This document shows positions 1 through 11,030 of a stretch of DNA of 36,691 nt, one piece after another. Both the position numbers and the translations under genes were made by a program. Under the pieces are notes generated by a model, which saw only the letters and a program-made list of their open reading frames with translations, searched no databases and was not told the origin of the DNA. Source of the DNA: Macrostomum lignano (Eukaryota); the NCBI GenBank assembly GCA_002269645.1, contig NIVC01004731.1, forward strand, positions 1 through 36,691, written 5' to 3'. Positions within the stretch are counted from its first letter, which is position 1; each line of letters starts with the position of its first letter.

Positions 1-1574
1 GGGAGTCTCAGCCTACTCTTATTTATACTATCCGAAAGTGTGTAATTTTAACAATCATCAAATATTAAGAATATAATAGAATATATAGAATATTTTATAG
101 AGTAAAACAAATTATTAGTGCAGATTCAAACTGTTATATTCCTAGAAATTATTAACCACTTCTACAATTATTATTGATATCATGTATAAGCCTATATTTA
201 AAATAAACAGAGTAGGCAGTAGGCCTAGGCCTAGTTTATATGCCAGATCTATAGCCATTAAAGATGCATATAACTTAGTCCATATAACTTAAGAGTTAAT
301 TTGTAAAGTATATTTGGCATACATAAATAATTTTAAAAGCAATTAAATAGACAATAGGCAGTGACTATTCATCTGGCACCAGATAAATATTAGAAGTTAT
401 TTGTCCAATACTGGCTGAGTTGCATGAATTCATATGCCACTCTGCCTATCTTTTCCATTTCTAGCAAGGTATACTAGCATGATGTTAGTGTCTTCCTAAT
501 GATCAGTCAGTACTCAGTTCAAACCTGTAGTGATGACTCCACTTTTTTATTGTAACAATTCCAATTGTTATTGTAATAACTCTAAGTCCTTACTTTGGCA
601 TTTGTGTTATATAGCAGCAATTGTCGTTATTAATTTTGACTATACTATGACTACTATTTATTGTGAAACCAAAACATACCAATATATATAGAACAAAATA
701 TAATAAAGGTAAAAATTATACAAAACTGCTAGATTAGGCAATGACATGTAGACTTGTGCCCAAGTATTTTTTGCCCAAAGTTCTAGAATTTTTAAGAAAC
801 AGCACTATCTAATCATAATAAATATTTTCTGCTTCTAGCCTAAAAGTGAACTATATACTACTTTTTGAGTATTCCCTGTATTTTACAAGTTTTTATTATA
901 TATCTACATCTATACTGTGCTGGACAAATAACTTCACTTTTATTTATCCAGTACTAGACAAATAATGGTTACATTATTTATCTGATACTAGACAAATAGT
1001 CACTGCCTAGGCAATAATAGAAAGTTTAAAATGACTCATAACTAGGATGGCTATGGTAGGCATGTACAAAGTAAGATGCAAGTACTAATAGAATAGTATA
1101 TAACTTTGGCCAATCAGTTTTTACCTATGTTAAAATTAAACTTACATTAAAATTAAAATATATATAGGCTAGGCCTAGTAGGACTAGGAATAAGGTGGCT
1201 ACACATTGGACCCATACTCCTAAAGATAATTTTGGGGGAAATTCTTATATGCAACTTAACCTAGGCATGCATGGTATATATTAAAAAGTAGAAAAGTTTT
1301 GGCATGCTTTGCACAATAGTCTGGCATAAAAATTATATATGGCTCCATAGTCAGAGCTATCTAATAGCTATCGCTATGCCATAAAAATTTGTAGTCTTTT
1401 TAAAAATATGCAGTGATACTTGTCACTTATAAAATAAATATTCTATATTAATGGGCCTAAGAAAGACAGAAAATATAAAAAATAAAAAGCAAATAAATGT
1501 ATTTAGGTTGCAAAGAGAAACATTTTAAAAGTAGGCCCTATTGTTTATTTGCAATCTTCTATAAAAAAGTTGAT

Positions 1575-1680
1575 ATAAAAAAGGGTCTTCTATTGTTATA
1601 GTGCAAAAAGGTCCTTTATTATTGCAATGCAGAAAAGGGTCTTTTATTGTCGCAATGTTAAAAAGGTCCTTTATTGTTGT
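1575..1680. repeat. Degenerate ~28-bp tandem repeat, ~4 copies (aaaagg(g)tc(c/t)tttattgt...)
   Basis: aaaagggtcttctattg / aaaaaggtcctttatta / aaaagggtcttttattg / aaaaaggtcctttattg recur at about 28-30 bp spacing. Confidence 0.55.
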
Positions 1681-3939
1681 AACACCTCAATTTGCAATCC
1701 TTCTTTTAATCTAGCAGTGCACGCTCAGTAGATTTGATCTAACCCTCCTATGTATAAGGTGCAAAGCAAAAATATTATTGTATAAACATTGCATACTTGG
1801 GACTATGGCACTAGAGGATAAGCAGAATGAAGTGGCTGACCAAGAAATGAGTGGTAAATGAGTCATCATGCAATCATGCTGTTTGCTTAGTTTGTTATAT
1901 ACATTGGCTATATACATTTCAACATCAATTTAATGTTGGTAAAAACCAATTGGCATAAGTAGCCCCTATCCCTAATAGCCCAAATCAAATATAATCTCAT
2001 TGTCACACAGTTTTTACTGACAATAAACTAACATTAAAATATACATAGTGGAGTGGATAGCTGCATACTAGATAACAAATAAAATGGGTAGCTAACTAAT
2101 GGGTGAATAGTAAATAAGTCATCATGCAGAATCATGCCATTTGCTTAGTTTGTTATATACATTATCATTACATTAGCTATATACTAAATACAATTGTATG
2201 TGGCATAGCCTTTGGCTAATCTAATCATATACAAGTCTTAGCATTTGCCAATCTTTCATTGGAGTTGCATTATCTTGGCATCATGATCAATTAGTCCTTG
2301 TTATAGATTAGCCACCTCAACAAAACTCTCCTTGACAGTTTGCTAAATTCTATGTAGCTTTCTTGCAGAGATGTTTCTCCTAAGAAAGTAACTGCTAGCC
2401 AGTTAAGGTATACTGCTCAAAGGCTAAGCTACATCCTAAGCATGGTCAGAATAGTTAAGCTAATAGTATTTTCCATGACCATTGACTTAGTAGTCTTGGG
2501 AATGGTAAATGGCTCATCTAGTAGCTTCCCCAATATTGTCTTGCTATCATTGCATATTCTGCTACAACTTGCTAAGCAGTGCAATAAATCAACCCAATTT
2601 TGGACTTACTTGCTTGCATAACATTACTTGCCTATAGATTAATCTTATCTTGTGACCAAGGATCTTTGAACCTAGCTGCTTGAGTAAAGCACTTAAAAGC
2701 CTTTAGGTAAAATAGTAGGCTCTAAAAAATTGATATATTCCATATATATGTTGCCTTAGATTTGGTTCTAATGAAAGTAATTAAGTATCAAACAAGGAGC
2801 CTTAAATATCTTGCTTGTTTTTATAGCATATAGCCATATTGACAAAAAGTACTATGTACTAAAAGCTTAAAAAGTATATCATAGATATAGCCATAGTACA
2901 AAATACTTTTTAAACAAAATACTATCACAATCCATTTAGAAATCATAATTATTCATTTTTCCATTTTTTATTTAAAGTCTCTGCATGAAATATCACCAAT
3001 TTCAAGCTAAACTATGCTATATTTTCCCCAATATTTACAGATTAAAAGAGCAAAAAATTATAATCATGAAAAATTGACTATTATATATTTTCACACAAAA
3101 ATTGGTTTAGTGGTTACAAAGTTATGTTTTAAAATACAAAATGATAATTTTTTGGTATTATAAATCATAGTTTATTATTGGAAAATACACTATAAAGGTA
3201 AAAAAACTTTAGTGAAAATGGTCATGAATTTTTTATTATTAGACCAATTTTTATAAACTAAAAAATACTCAACAAATCAAAACAACAAACAAGAAAGAAA
3301 ACAAAATACTCAACAAGATATAAAATGCAAATATTTTAATATTTTTCAAATTTATAAATCTCACTTATGGCCCTAACAATATGATGAGATTCAAAATGGC
3401 TATTTCTAATATTGAAAGACTTCTTATATAGATATACTATATCTTTGTTTTTATTTAGGGTCTAATTCCATCTAAGAATAGAATAGAAGCTATTAGATCC
3501 ATAGCCATTAGAGAATAGGTTCTAGTGCTAGAAGTCTAGCCATTGCCAATGCCAATGTAAACATCTATATATTGACCAAAATTTCATTGGTGGTCTAGGC
3601 CTATTCTTATTATATAAATGCCTCTACTGCGTCTAAGTAGGCCATATGGCATGCAAGGCAAAACATTCCTACTTGCATGGGTATAGGATTCTTGTACAAT
3701 TCTTGTACTTGCATGGGCCTAGTGCAAGCTTAGGACTGGCATATGGCTTATATTTTTTATGTATTTCTGCCGAAATGGGGTAGCTATGCCTTGATCACTT
3801 TTTCTAGTTGCACTAACAGTATTTATATAAATATGAATAGTTTTTATACATTGTATACCAGATTAAATGCAAAAGTATGGTAGAACATTCTATGGTTTGC
3901 CAAAGAAAGCTAGCCCTCTGTGCTATTATTTAGTCTTAG

Positions 3940-4231
3940 TATATTCATACATGCGCAACAGTCGGCCGAGTCGGCCGATCCGGCCGACTGATTTGGCAGC
4001 CAACCAAGGAAGTCGCAAAAATGCCCACCCAAAAAATACCCACGCAGTAGTACTAAGTAGCCTGATAAGACAGTCATAGTTACTCCCGCCGTTTACCCAA
4101 AGTTGCGTTAATTTTGCTTTAGGGTTTTTTTACATGTAAGTCGCATTTTTGGCCAAAAACTACGTCGCATTTTTGTTAAAACTAAGTCGCACGGCCAACC
4201 GAATTTTGGACGTTGCGCATGTATGAGTATA
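3940..4231. mobile_element. MITE-like element, ~292 bp, 20-bp terminal inverted repeats
   Basis: 3940-3959 tatattcatacatgcgcaac versus reverse complement of 4212-4231 tatactcatacatgcgcaac (19/20). The termini are TA, compatible with a TA target duplication. No coding capacity. About 20 CpGs, unlike the flanks. Confidence 0.8.
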
Positions 4232-5041
4232 TTGGTATATAAGATAATTGTTAATTATATTGTATACTACTATTTACAAAAATATATTTTGGCTTTTATT
4301 GCACTAAATATAATTTTTTTGTGAATGCTGTTTGGTATAGTTTTGAATATTTAAGTGTCTATAGGCAAATGAGAGCAAATATCCAAGGACAAATCTCAAG
4401 TTCTAAATAAAAAGAAGTCTATTAAAATAAAAAAGGTGGAAAAAGCTCATGATATAGATGATACTTACTTATAAAATGCTTTTTAGGTTTTTGCCTCTAA
4501 TCCTAGATTTTAAGAATATTTCTAGAATTCTAGTGCTAATAAATATTACAATTATACAATTATATAATCTTATTCAAGGCTAATTTCTTTATACTGTATT
4601 TAATGAAAAGGTCTAGGCCTATATATATAGCAAGATTAGTAGATAGAATATTGGTAATATTATCAGGAAATATTATATATTATAAGTTATTATTAGGTTA
4701 TATTTTTTATAAGTTATATTAGTAACCTATATTTAAACTAAAGAAAATTTTGACAGTAGGATATATGATTATTATAATTAAAATATTTCGCAAATTATAG
4801 TATTACTATGTGGTAGCTAGTTTTGGTAATGTAAATTGCTATATATAGCAGTTGCCAATACCCATATGTACCCATGGCCAAGTATAAGTATTTAAAGTAA
4901 GCTCTTTATGCAAACAAACTACTTAGAAAAGTAGTTGCATCAACTTATCTAGATGAACCTGATTTTGAATCGAATAAAGGTATTTCCATGCCTGAGTGGC
5001 TACTACCAGTAGCTAATAAAGCCCTGCTCTCCTATTGCTGC

Positions 5042-5455
5042 ATGCCGTCCCCATTGACTTCGATTCGCCTGTGCGGCGTCAGCGTCGTCTCCCGTCGCTG
5101 CCTTCACTCCAGCGGCGTCCTCCAGGTTGGCCGCACCTGGGAGTCCAAGCCGGTGCCGGGCAGCGTTGAGCACCTGCAGCCGCAGGCCTGGGCCAAGCGG
5201 CTGTTCGATCTGCACGCGGCTGAGGCCGCCCAGAAGCAGAAACTGGAGCAGTCTGGCCAGGCGGCTGCTCAGCCGGAGCCCACCAAGGTGCTCATGATCC
5301 GGCGCCTGCTGCCCTGGAAAGCCAGCACCTACTATGAAAAGTGCCTGCTGTACAAGCTGGGCATGGAAAAGGACACCCCTATGCGGCAGTGGCTGCCCCT
5401 GCCCAATATTCCCAGTGTGGCTGATGATCTGCGGAAAGTGCAGCACCTGTTGCAG
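5042..5455 (+). CDS. MRPL30: Mitochondrial ribosomal protein L30 (uL30m), exon 1 of 2
   Basis: ATG at 5042 gives an Arg/Ser-rich, presequence-like N-terminus. PTKVLMIRRL...YYEKCLLYKLGM...NIPSVADDLRKVQHLLQ matches the L30 core (human ...PYWEKDIIKMLGL...NIPSVNAKLKVVKHLI). Donor CAG|GTAAGC at 5456, phase 0. Confidence 0.85.
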
Positions 5456-5660
5456 GTAAGCTTGGCGTTTATTTGCTTCTTTTGTGTCGGATCTTAGTCT
5501 TAGAATCCTTAGAGACAAAATAGCACTGCTGCTTTTATTTGATTGCTTCTTCTCTTGTATGAGCCGTTTGTCAGAATCGCCTCTCAATCCAAAGTCAATA
5601 ATCATTACCCAGTTCCAAGCCTATAAAAATATCGCACCTGAGTCCTATCCAACAAAAACA

Positions 5661-6998
5661 GAGGCCCATAGAGAATCGCCGCTGAGCACAGAGATCCATA
5701 GAGAATCTCCCCTGAGCACAAAGACCCCTAAAGAATCGCCCCTGAGCACAGAGATCCATAAAGAATCGCCCCTGAGCACAGAGACCCCTAAAGAATCGCT
5801 CCTGAGCACAGAGACCCCTAAAGAATCGTCCCTGAGCACAGAGATCCATAAAGAATCGCCCCTGAGCACAGAGATCCATAAAGAATCGCCCCTAAACACA
5901 GAGATCCATAAAGAATCGCCCCTGAGCACAGAGATCCATAAGGAATCGCCCCTGAGCACAGAGACCCCTAAAGAATCGCCCCTGAGCACAGAGATCCATA
6001 AAGAATCGCCCCTAAGCACAGAGATCCATAAAGAATCACCCTGAGCACAGAGACCCATAAAGAATCGCCCCTGAGCACAGAGATCCATAAAGAATCGCTC
6101 CTGAGCACAGAGACCCCTAAAGAATCGCCCCTGAGCACAGAGATCCATAAAGAATCGCCCCTGAGCACAGAGATCCATAAAGAATCGCCCCTGAGCACAG
6201 AGACCCCTAAAGAATCGCCCCTGAGCACAGAGACCCCTAAAGAATCGCCCCTGAGCACAGAGATCCATAAAGAATCGCCCCTGAGCACAGAGACCCCTAA
6301 AGAATCGCCTCTGAGCACAGAGACCCCTAAAGAATCGCCCCTGAGCACAGAGACCCCTAAAGAATCGCCCCTGAGCACAGAGATCCATAAAGAATCGCCC
6401 CTGAGCACAGAGATCCATAAAGAATCGCCCCTGAGCACAGAGACCCCTAAAGAATCGCCCCTGAGCACAGAGATCCATAAAGAATCGCCCCTGAGCACAG
6501 AGATCCATAAAGAATCGCCCCTAAACACAGAGATCCATAAAGAATCGCCCCTGAGCACAGAGATCCATAAGGAATCGCCCCTGAGCACAGAGACCCCTAA
6601 AGAATCGCCCCTGAGCACAGAGATCCATAAAGAATCGCCCCTAAGCACAGAGATCCATAAAGAATCACCCTGAGCACAGAGACCCCTAAAGAATCGCCCC
6701 TGAGCACAGAGACCCCTAAAGAATCGCCCCTGAGCACAGAGACCCCTAAAGAATCACCCTGAGCACAGAGACCCATAAAGAATCGCCCCTGAGCACAGAG
6801 ATCCATAAAGAATCGCCCCTGAGCACAGAGACCCCTAAAGAATCGCCCCTGAGCACAGAGACCCCTAAAGAATCGCCCCTGAGCACAGAGACCCCTAAAG
6901 AATCGCCCCTGAGCACAGAGACCCCTAAAGAATCACCCTGAGCACAGAGACCCCTGTAGAATCGCCCCTGAGCACAGAGATCCATAGAGAATCGCCCT
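5661..6998. repeat. 30-bp minisatellite (agaatcgcccctgagcacagagatccataa / ...gaccccta), ~44 copies, MRPL30 intron
   Basis: Directly visible. It explains the KESPLSTEIH and LCAQGRFF pseudo-ORFs and ends about 12 nt before the acceptor. Confidence 0.97.
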
Positions 6999-7010
6999 CC
7001 CTCGCCGCAG

Positions 7011-7427
7011 ATCCAGCCGCTGACGATGCCAGACGGGCTGCCGGCCACCGAGGCGGACCTGTCCAACTGCTACACAAACGAGTGCGGCGAGCTGCGCATG
7101 CGCCGCCGTCTCGCCGGCTCCGCCGTGGAGGTCCAGCCGGAGCGGCACGCCGAGGCCGAGCTGGAAGCCTCCAAGCGCCGAATCCACTCGATGCCGCGCT
7201 ACCACGAGCGCCGCTGGAAGGCCTGCCTGATGTTTAGCGAGTATTTCACCCAGCACCACCGCTACCAGCACATGCAGGACGGCTCCGCCTACCGCTACTC
7301 GGGCCTGTGGCGCCGGGACGCCGCCATGAAGCAGAGCCTGTCCAGGCGGACCAACCCGGACGGCACTAAGCGGCCCAATCTGAACTTTGAAGCCGATTTT
7401 AATGCGTTTCCTTGGCGCAATTATTGA
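7011..7427 (+). CDS. MRPL30: MRPL30 exon 2 (total ~276 aa)
   Basis: Acceptor ctcgccgcag| at 7010. IQPLTMPDGLP...SNCYTNECGEL matches human IKPLKLPQGLP...SNTCLKSTGEL. Stop TGA 7425-7427. Confidence 0.85.
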   Translation: MQPLTMPDGLPATEADLSNCYTNECGELRMRRRLAGSAVEVQPERHAEAELEASKRRIHSMPRYHERRWKACLMFSEYFTQHHRYQHMQDGSAYRYSGLWRRDAAMKQSLSRRTNPDGTKRPNLNFEADFNAFPWRNY

Positions 7428-7580
7428 ATGCTTGCAAATATACCTGCCTACTGATTAGCACATGTTAGTTCTCTTACAATATGCTGCACTCCGTGGCCAA
7501 CTGCTCTTGTAGTCTTTTTGCTATTAGCGTAGTCTTTGTTTACCCGATCCACTTATAGTATTGGTTTTAATTTTATCCTC

Positions 7581-7940
7581 ATATAGTCTTGGTTCTCACC
7601 TGATCCCCAATATAGTCTTGGTTCTCACCTGATCCCTAATATAGTCTTGGTTCTCACCTGATCTGATCCTCATATAGTCTTGGTTCTCACCTGATCCCTA
7701 ATATAGTCTTGGTTCTCACCTGATCTGATCCTCATATAGTCTTGGTTCTCACCTGATCCATAATATAGTCTTGGTTCTCACCTGATCCCCAATATAGTCT
7801 TGGTTCCCACCTGATCCCCAATATAGTCTTGGTTCTCACCTGATCCCTAATATAGTCTTGGTTCTCACCTGATCCCCAATATAGTCTTGGTTCTCACCTG
7901 ATCCATAATATAGTCTTGGTTATCATTTGATCCCCATGTA
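7581..7940. repeat. 29-bp minisatellite (atatagtcttggttctcacctgatccc(c/t)a), ~12 copies, MRPL30-ATP6AP1 intergenic
   Basis: Directly visible. Two copies carry a tgatc duplication. Confidence 0.95.
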
Positions 7941-8002
7941 GTCTTGTAGCAATTTTGCCAACTCGAATTCAATTCTGATGTCCCCCATGCAACCCAGCTG
8001 CC

Positions 8003-8536
8003 ATGCCGCATCAACTCGCTCTATTGGCTTTTCTGGCCTCCCTGGCCTGCGCCTCCGCCTCGGTGCCCGCCGTTGTGGTCAGCAGCCGCGGCTCCGTCGA
8101 CTCCCTCGCCAGCCTGTCGTCGGCTCGCCTGAACTCTCAGCAGCTGGCCGAAGCCCTGCACCGCTCCGCCGGCGGCCTGCTGCTGGTCGTCACTGTCGAT
8201 GAGGGCCTCTCCCTGCCCGACTTCGCCAGGTCCGGCGGCGACGTCTACTCGGCTGGCCAGGGCTCGGCCAGCCCCTTCGCCAGCGTCGCCGGCTTGTCGG
8301 AGAAGCTCGGCGGCCGGCACCTGCTGGTGGCAGAGGCCGACAAGCTGCTGCCGGCGCTGCGAAGCCTCGACTGGCGCGGCGGCGCCCCCATCGATGTCGC
8401 CAACGATGGCAAAGAGGTCGACCGAGTGGTCGAAGCTGCCACTGCTGCTGGCGGTGCCTCGCGGCTGGTGCTCGCTCGGGCCGCCGACGCCGGCGCCGCT
8501 GATCGGCTGCTTGGCGCTGCGTGCGCTGCGCTGCAG
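8003..8536 (+). CDS. ATP6AP1: V-ATPase accessory subunit S1 (Ac45), exon 1 of 3
   Basis: Signal-peptide-like start MPHQLALLAFLASLACASASVP. Donor CAG|GTGAGC at 8537, phase 0. Confidence 0.85.
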
Positions 8537-8746
8537 GTGAGCTGATGATCTGACTGACTGACTGACTGACTGACTAGGTACGACGGTATTTTGGCTGTTT
8601 TAGGGAAAAGCAATTTTCAAAAAAATTCTGAAACTTACATAGATTAAAACGCAGTCTTTTAAAATATTTATTTATAGTTCGCTTATTTATCTCTCTACTA
8701 GTAGTATATGCAGCATTAAAAAAGTTTTTTCCGCTTTTTTTCCCAG

Positions 8747-8950
8747 TCTCGCGGCCTGCCATTCGTCGCCGTCTTCACCGCCACCCACGAGTCGGATCCG
8801 GCTCCGGCCGCCGCCGATGCCGCCGCCTCTGCTGAGGCCGCCGTCTCCGCTGGCCGCCACCTGCTCGCGGCTCCGACCGCTTCGCCCAGCTCCAATGGCA
8901 CCTTTGTGAACTGCAGCAGCGATGTGCTGCTGTACTTCGCCTCCCTGCAG
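8747..8950 (+). CDS. ATP6AP1: ATP6AP1 exon 2
   Basis: Acceptor ttttttcccag|. Open frame SRGLPFVAVFTAT...GRHLLAA...LLYFASLQ resembles human PYTAALTA...GRQLL...ILFWAQ. Donor CAG|GTTGGT at 8951. Absent from the ORF track because it has no start codon. Confidence 0.8.
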
Positions 8951-9144
8951 GTTGGTTTTCTGAAACTGTGTCTGGATTTGTTATTCTGAATCTTTCAAAC
9001 AAATTCTTGGGTATTCGCCATAAGCTCTGCCGGGAATTGCGCCTAAACCTCCCATAAAAATTATCTAGTTGCCTCTCTGAAGAATCGCCCTTCTTAATCT
9101 TTGAATAAATCGCCTCAAAACTCGAAAGAATCGCATTAAACTCT

Positions 9145-9810
9145 CCAGATAATCGCCCTAAACCCCTCAGGATAATCGCCCTAAAGCCCTCAGGATAATC
9201 GCCCTAAAGCCCTCAGGATAATCGCCCTAAACCCCTCCGGATAATCACCCTAAACCCCTCAGGATAATCGCCCTAAAGATAATCGCCCTATACCTCTCAG
9301 GATAATCGCACTAAACCCTCAGGTTAATCGCCCTAAACCCCTCAGGATAATCGCCCTAAACCCCTCAGGATAATCGCCCTAAAGCCCTCAGGATAATCGC
9401 CCTAAAGCCCTCAGGATAATCGCCCTAAACCCTCAGGATAATCGCCCTAAAGCCCTCAGGATAATCGCCCTAAAGCCCTCAGGATAATCGCCCTAAAGCC
9501 CTCAGGATAATCGCCCTAAAGCCCTCAGGATAATCGCCCTAAAGCCCTCAGGATAATCGCCCTAAACCCCTCCGGATAATCACCCTAAACCCCTCAGGAT
9601 AATCGCCCTAAAGATAATCGCCCTATACCTCTCAGGATAATCGCACTAAACCCTCAGGTTAATCGCCCTAAACCCCTCAGGATAATCGCCCTAAACCCCT
9701 CAGGATACTCGCCCTAAACCCCTCAGGATACTCGCCCTAAACCTCTCAGGATAATCGCCCTAAACCCCTCAGAATAGTCGCCCTGAACCCCTCAGGATAA
9801 TCGCCCAATA
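9145..9810. repeat. 23-bp minisatellite (ggataatcgccctaaa(c/g)ccctca), ~28 copies, ATP6AP1 intron 2
   Basis: Directly visible. Confidence 0.95.
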
Positions 9811-9931
9811 GCCTACACAAACCGCTCGCACATGTAAACCTCATAGCGTCGGACCGTGACTCCAAAAGCTGCCCTGACTGTGCCAGGAGATCAGCCGCTG
9901 AGCCCCTCCCTAAACTCTCACCCCGCCGCAG

Positions 9932-10597
9932 GTCCAGCTGACCCAGAACAGCAAGGTGAAGACGCTGCCGCCCGTGCTCCCCGTAGCCGACGGCTCCTCC
10001 ATCATCGACACCAAGCTCAGCACGTGCAACGCCGCAGGTGGGAATCGAACCCTGGCCCTGTCGTTTCCCGATTCGGCTCTGCAGTCGCCTCTCGCTGCAC
10101 TGAAGCTCACTCTGAACTTCGTCGGCGACACCAAGAGCTCAACGAGTCCCTGGAGCATCGCCTCCGGCACCGCTTCGCTCTCCTGCAAGTCCGGCAGCTC
10201 CGCCAACTGCACCAACGTGGCCGAGACCGCCCTGACGCAGGAGAGTCTGGCCAGCTTCATCACGCCCAACGGTAGCTGCTACCACTGCACCAACAACACC
10301 AGGCTGTCCACCAGCGGCGGCACCGGTAGCAACGGCTCCGCGGCGCTGACTCTGATCTTCGGCAAATTCCAGCTGCAGCCATTCGGCATCCCTGCCGACG
10401 GCAAATTCTCCAAGAATGTCAACGACTGCGTCGGATTCTTCTCTGTTGAGGTCTGGTTCAGCCTCTTGGTGCTGCTTGTGATCACCGTGATCCTCATGTA
10501 CGGCGTCCTCATGCTGGTCAGTGTGGCCACGCCTGACCGATTTGACGACCCCAAGGGCAAAACCATCCAGGTTAACGTGCAGGACGGGGGCAACTGA
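9932..10597 (+). CDS. ATP6AP1: ATP6AP1 exon 3 (TM segment and cytosolic tail; total ~467 aa)
   Basis: Acceptor ccgccgcag|. The C-terminus DCVGFFSVEVWFSLLVLLVITVILMYGVLMLVSVATPDRFDDPKGKTI is the Ac45 signature (DCxxFFS...W...DRFDDxKG). Stop TGA 10595-10597. Confidence 0.92.
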   Translation, partial: VQLTQNSKVKTLPPVLPVADGSSIIDTKLSTCNAAGGNRTLALSFPDSALQSPLAALKLTLNFVGDTKSSTSPWSIASGTASLSCKSGSSANCTNVAETALTQESLASFITPNGSCYHCTNNTRLSTSGGTGSNGSAALTLIFGKFQLQPFGIPADGKFSKNVNDCVGFFSVEVWFSLLVLLVITVILMYGVLMLVSVATPDRFDDPKGKTIQVNVQDGGN

Positions 10598-10665
10598 GGC
10601 TTGAGTAGCTTATGGCCCGGCATTGCGGACTTGGACTCACTTTCACTGTTTGCGACTGGCTGGCT

Positions 10666-11030
<365 letters not shown>

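Larger units (their letters stand above)
1..5041. other. AT-rich, strongly CpG-depleted non-coding domain (probably decayed repeat/TE DNA)
   Basis: I counted about 7 CpG by eye in 1-3939 and about 2 in 4232-5041, while GpC, TpG, CpA and TpA are common. No credible ORF. Confidence 0.8.

Noticed and set aside
1711-4079. Short ORFs 1711-1917 (-) and 3867-4079 (+); possible transposase remnants in the AT-rich block
   Set aside because: No recognisable motifs. The second ORF merely runs into the MITE. I could not reconstruct any coding relic by eye, and a translated HMM search with CpG-restored sequence would be needed.
9145-9810. Interstitial telomere (CCCTAA in each unit)
   Set aside because: There is only one hexamer per 23-bp unit and never in tandem, which is not enough to call telomeric origin.
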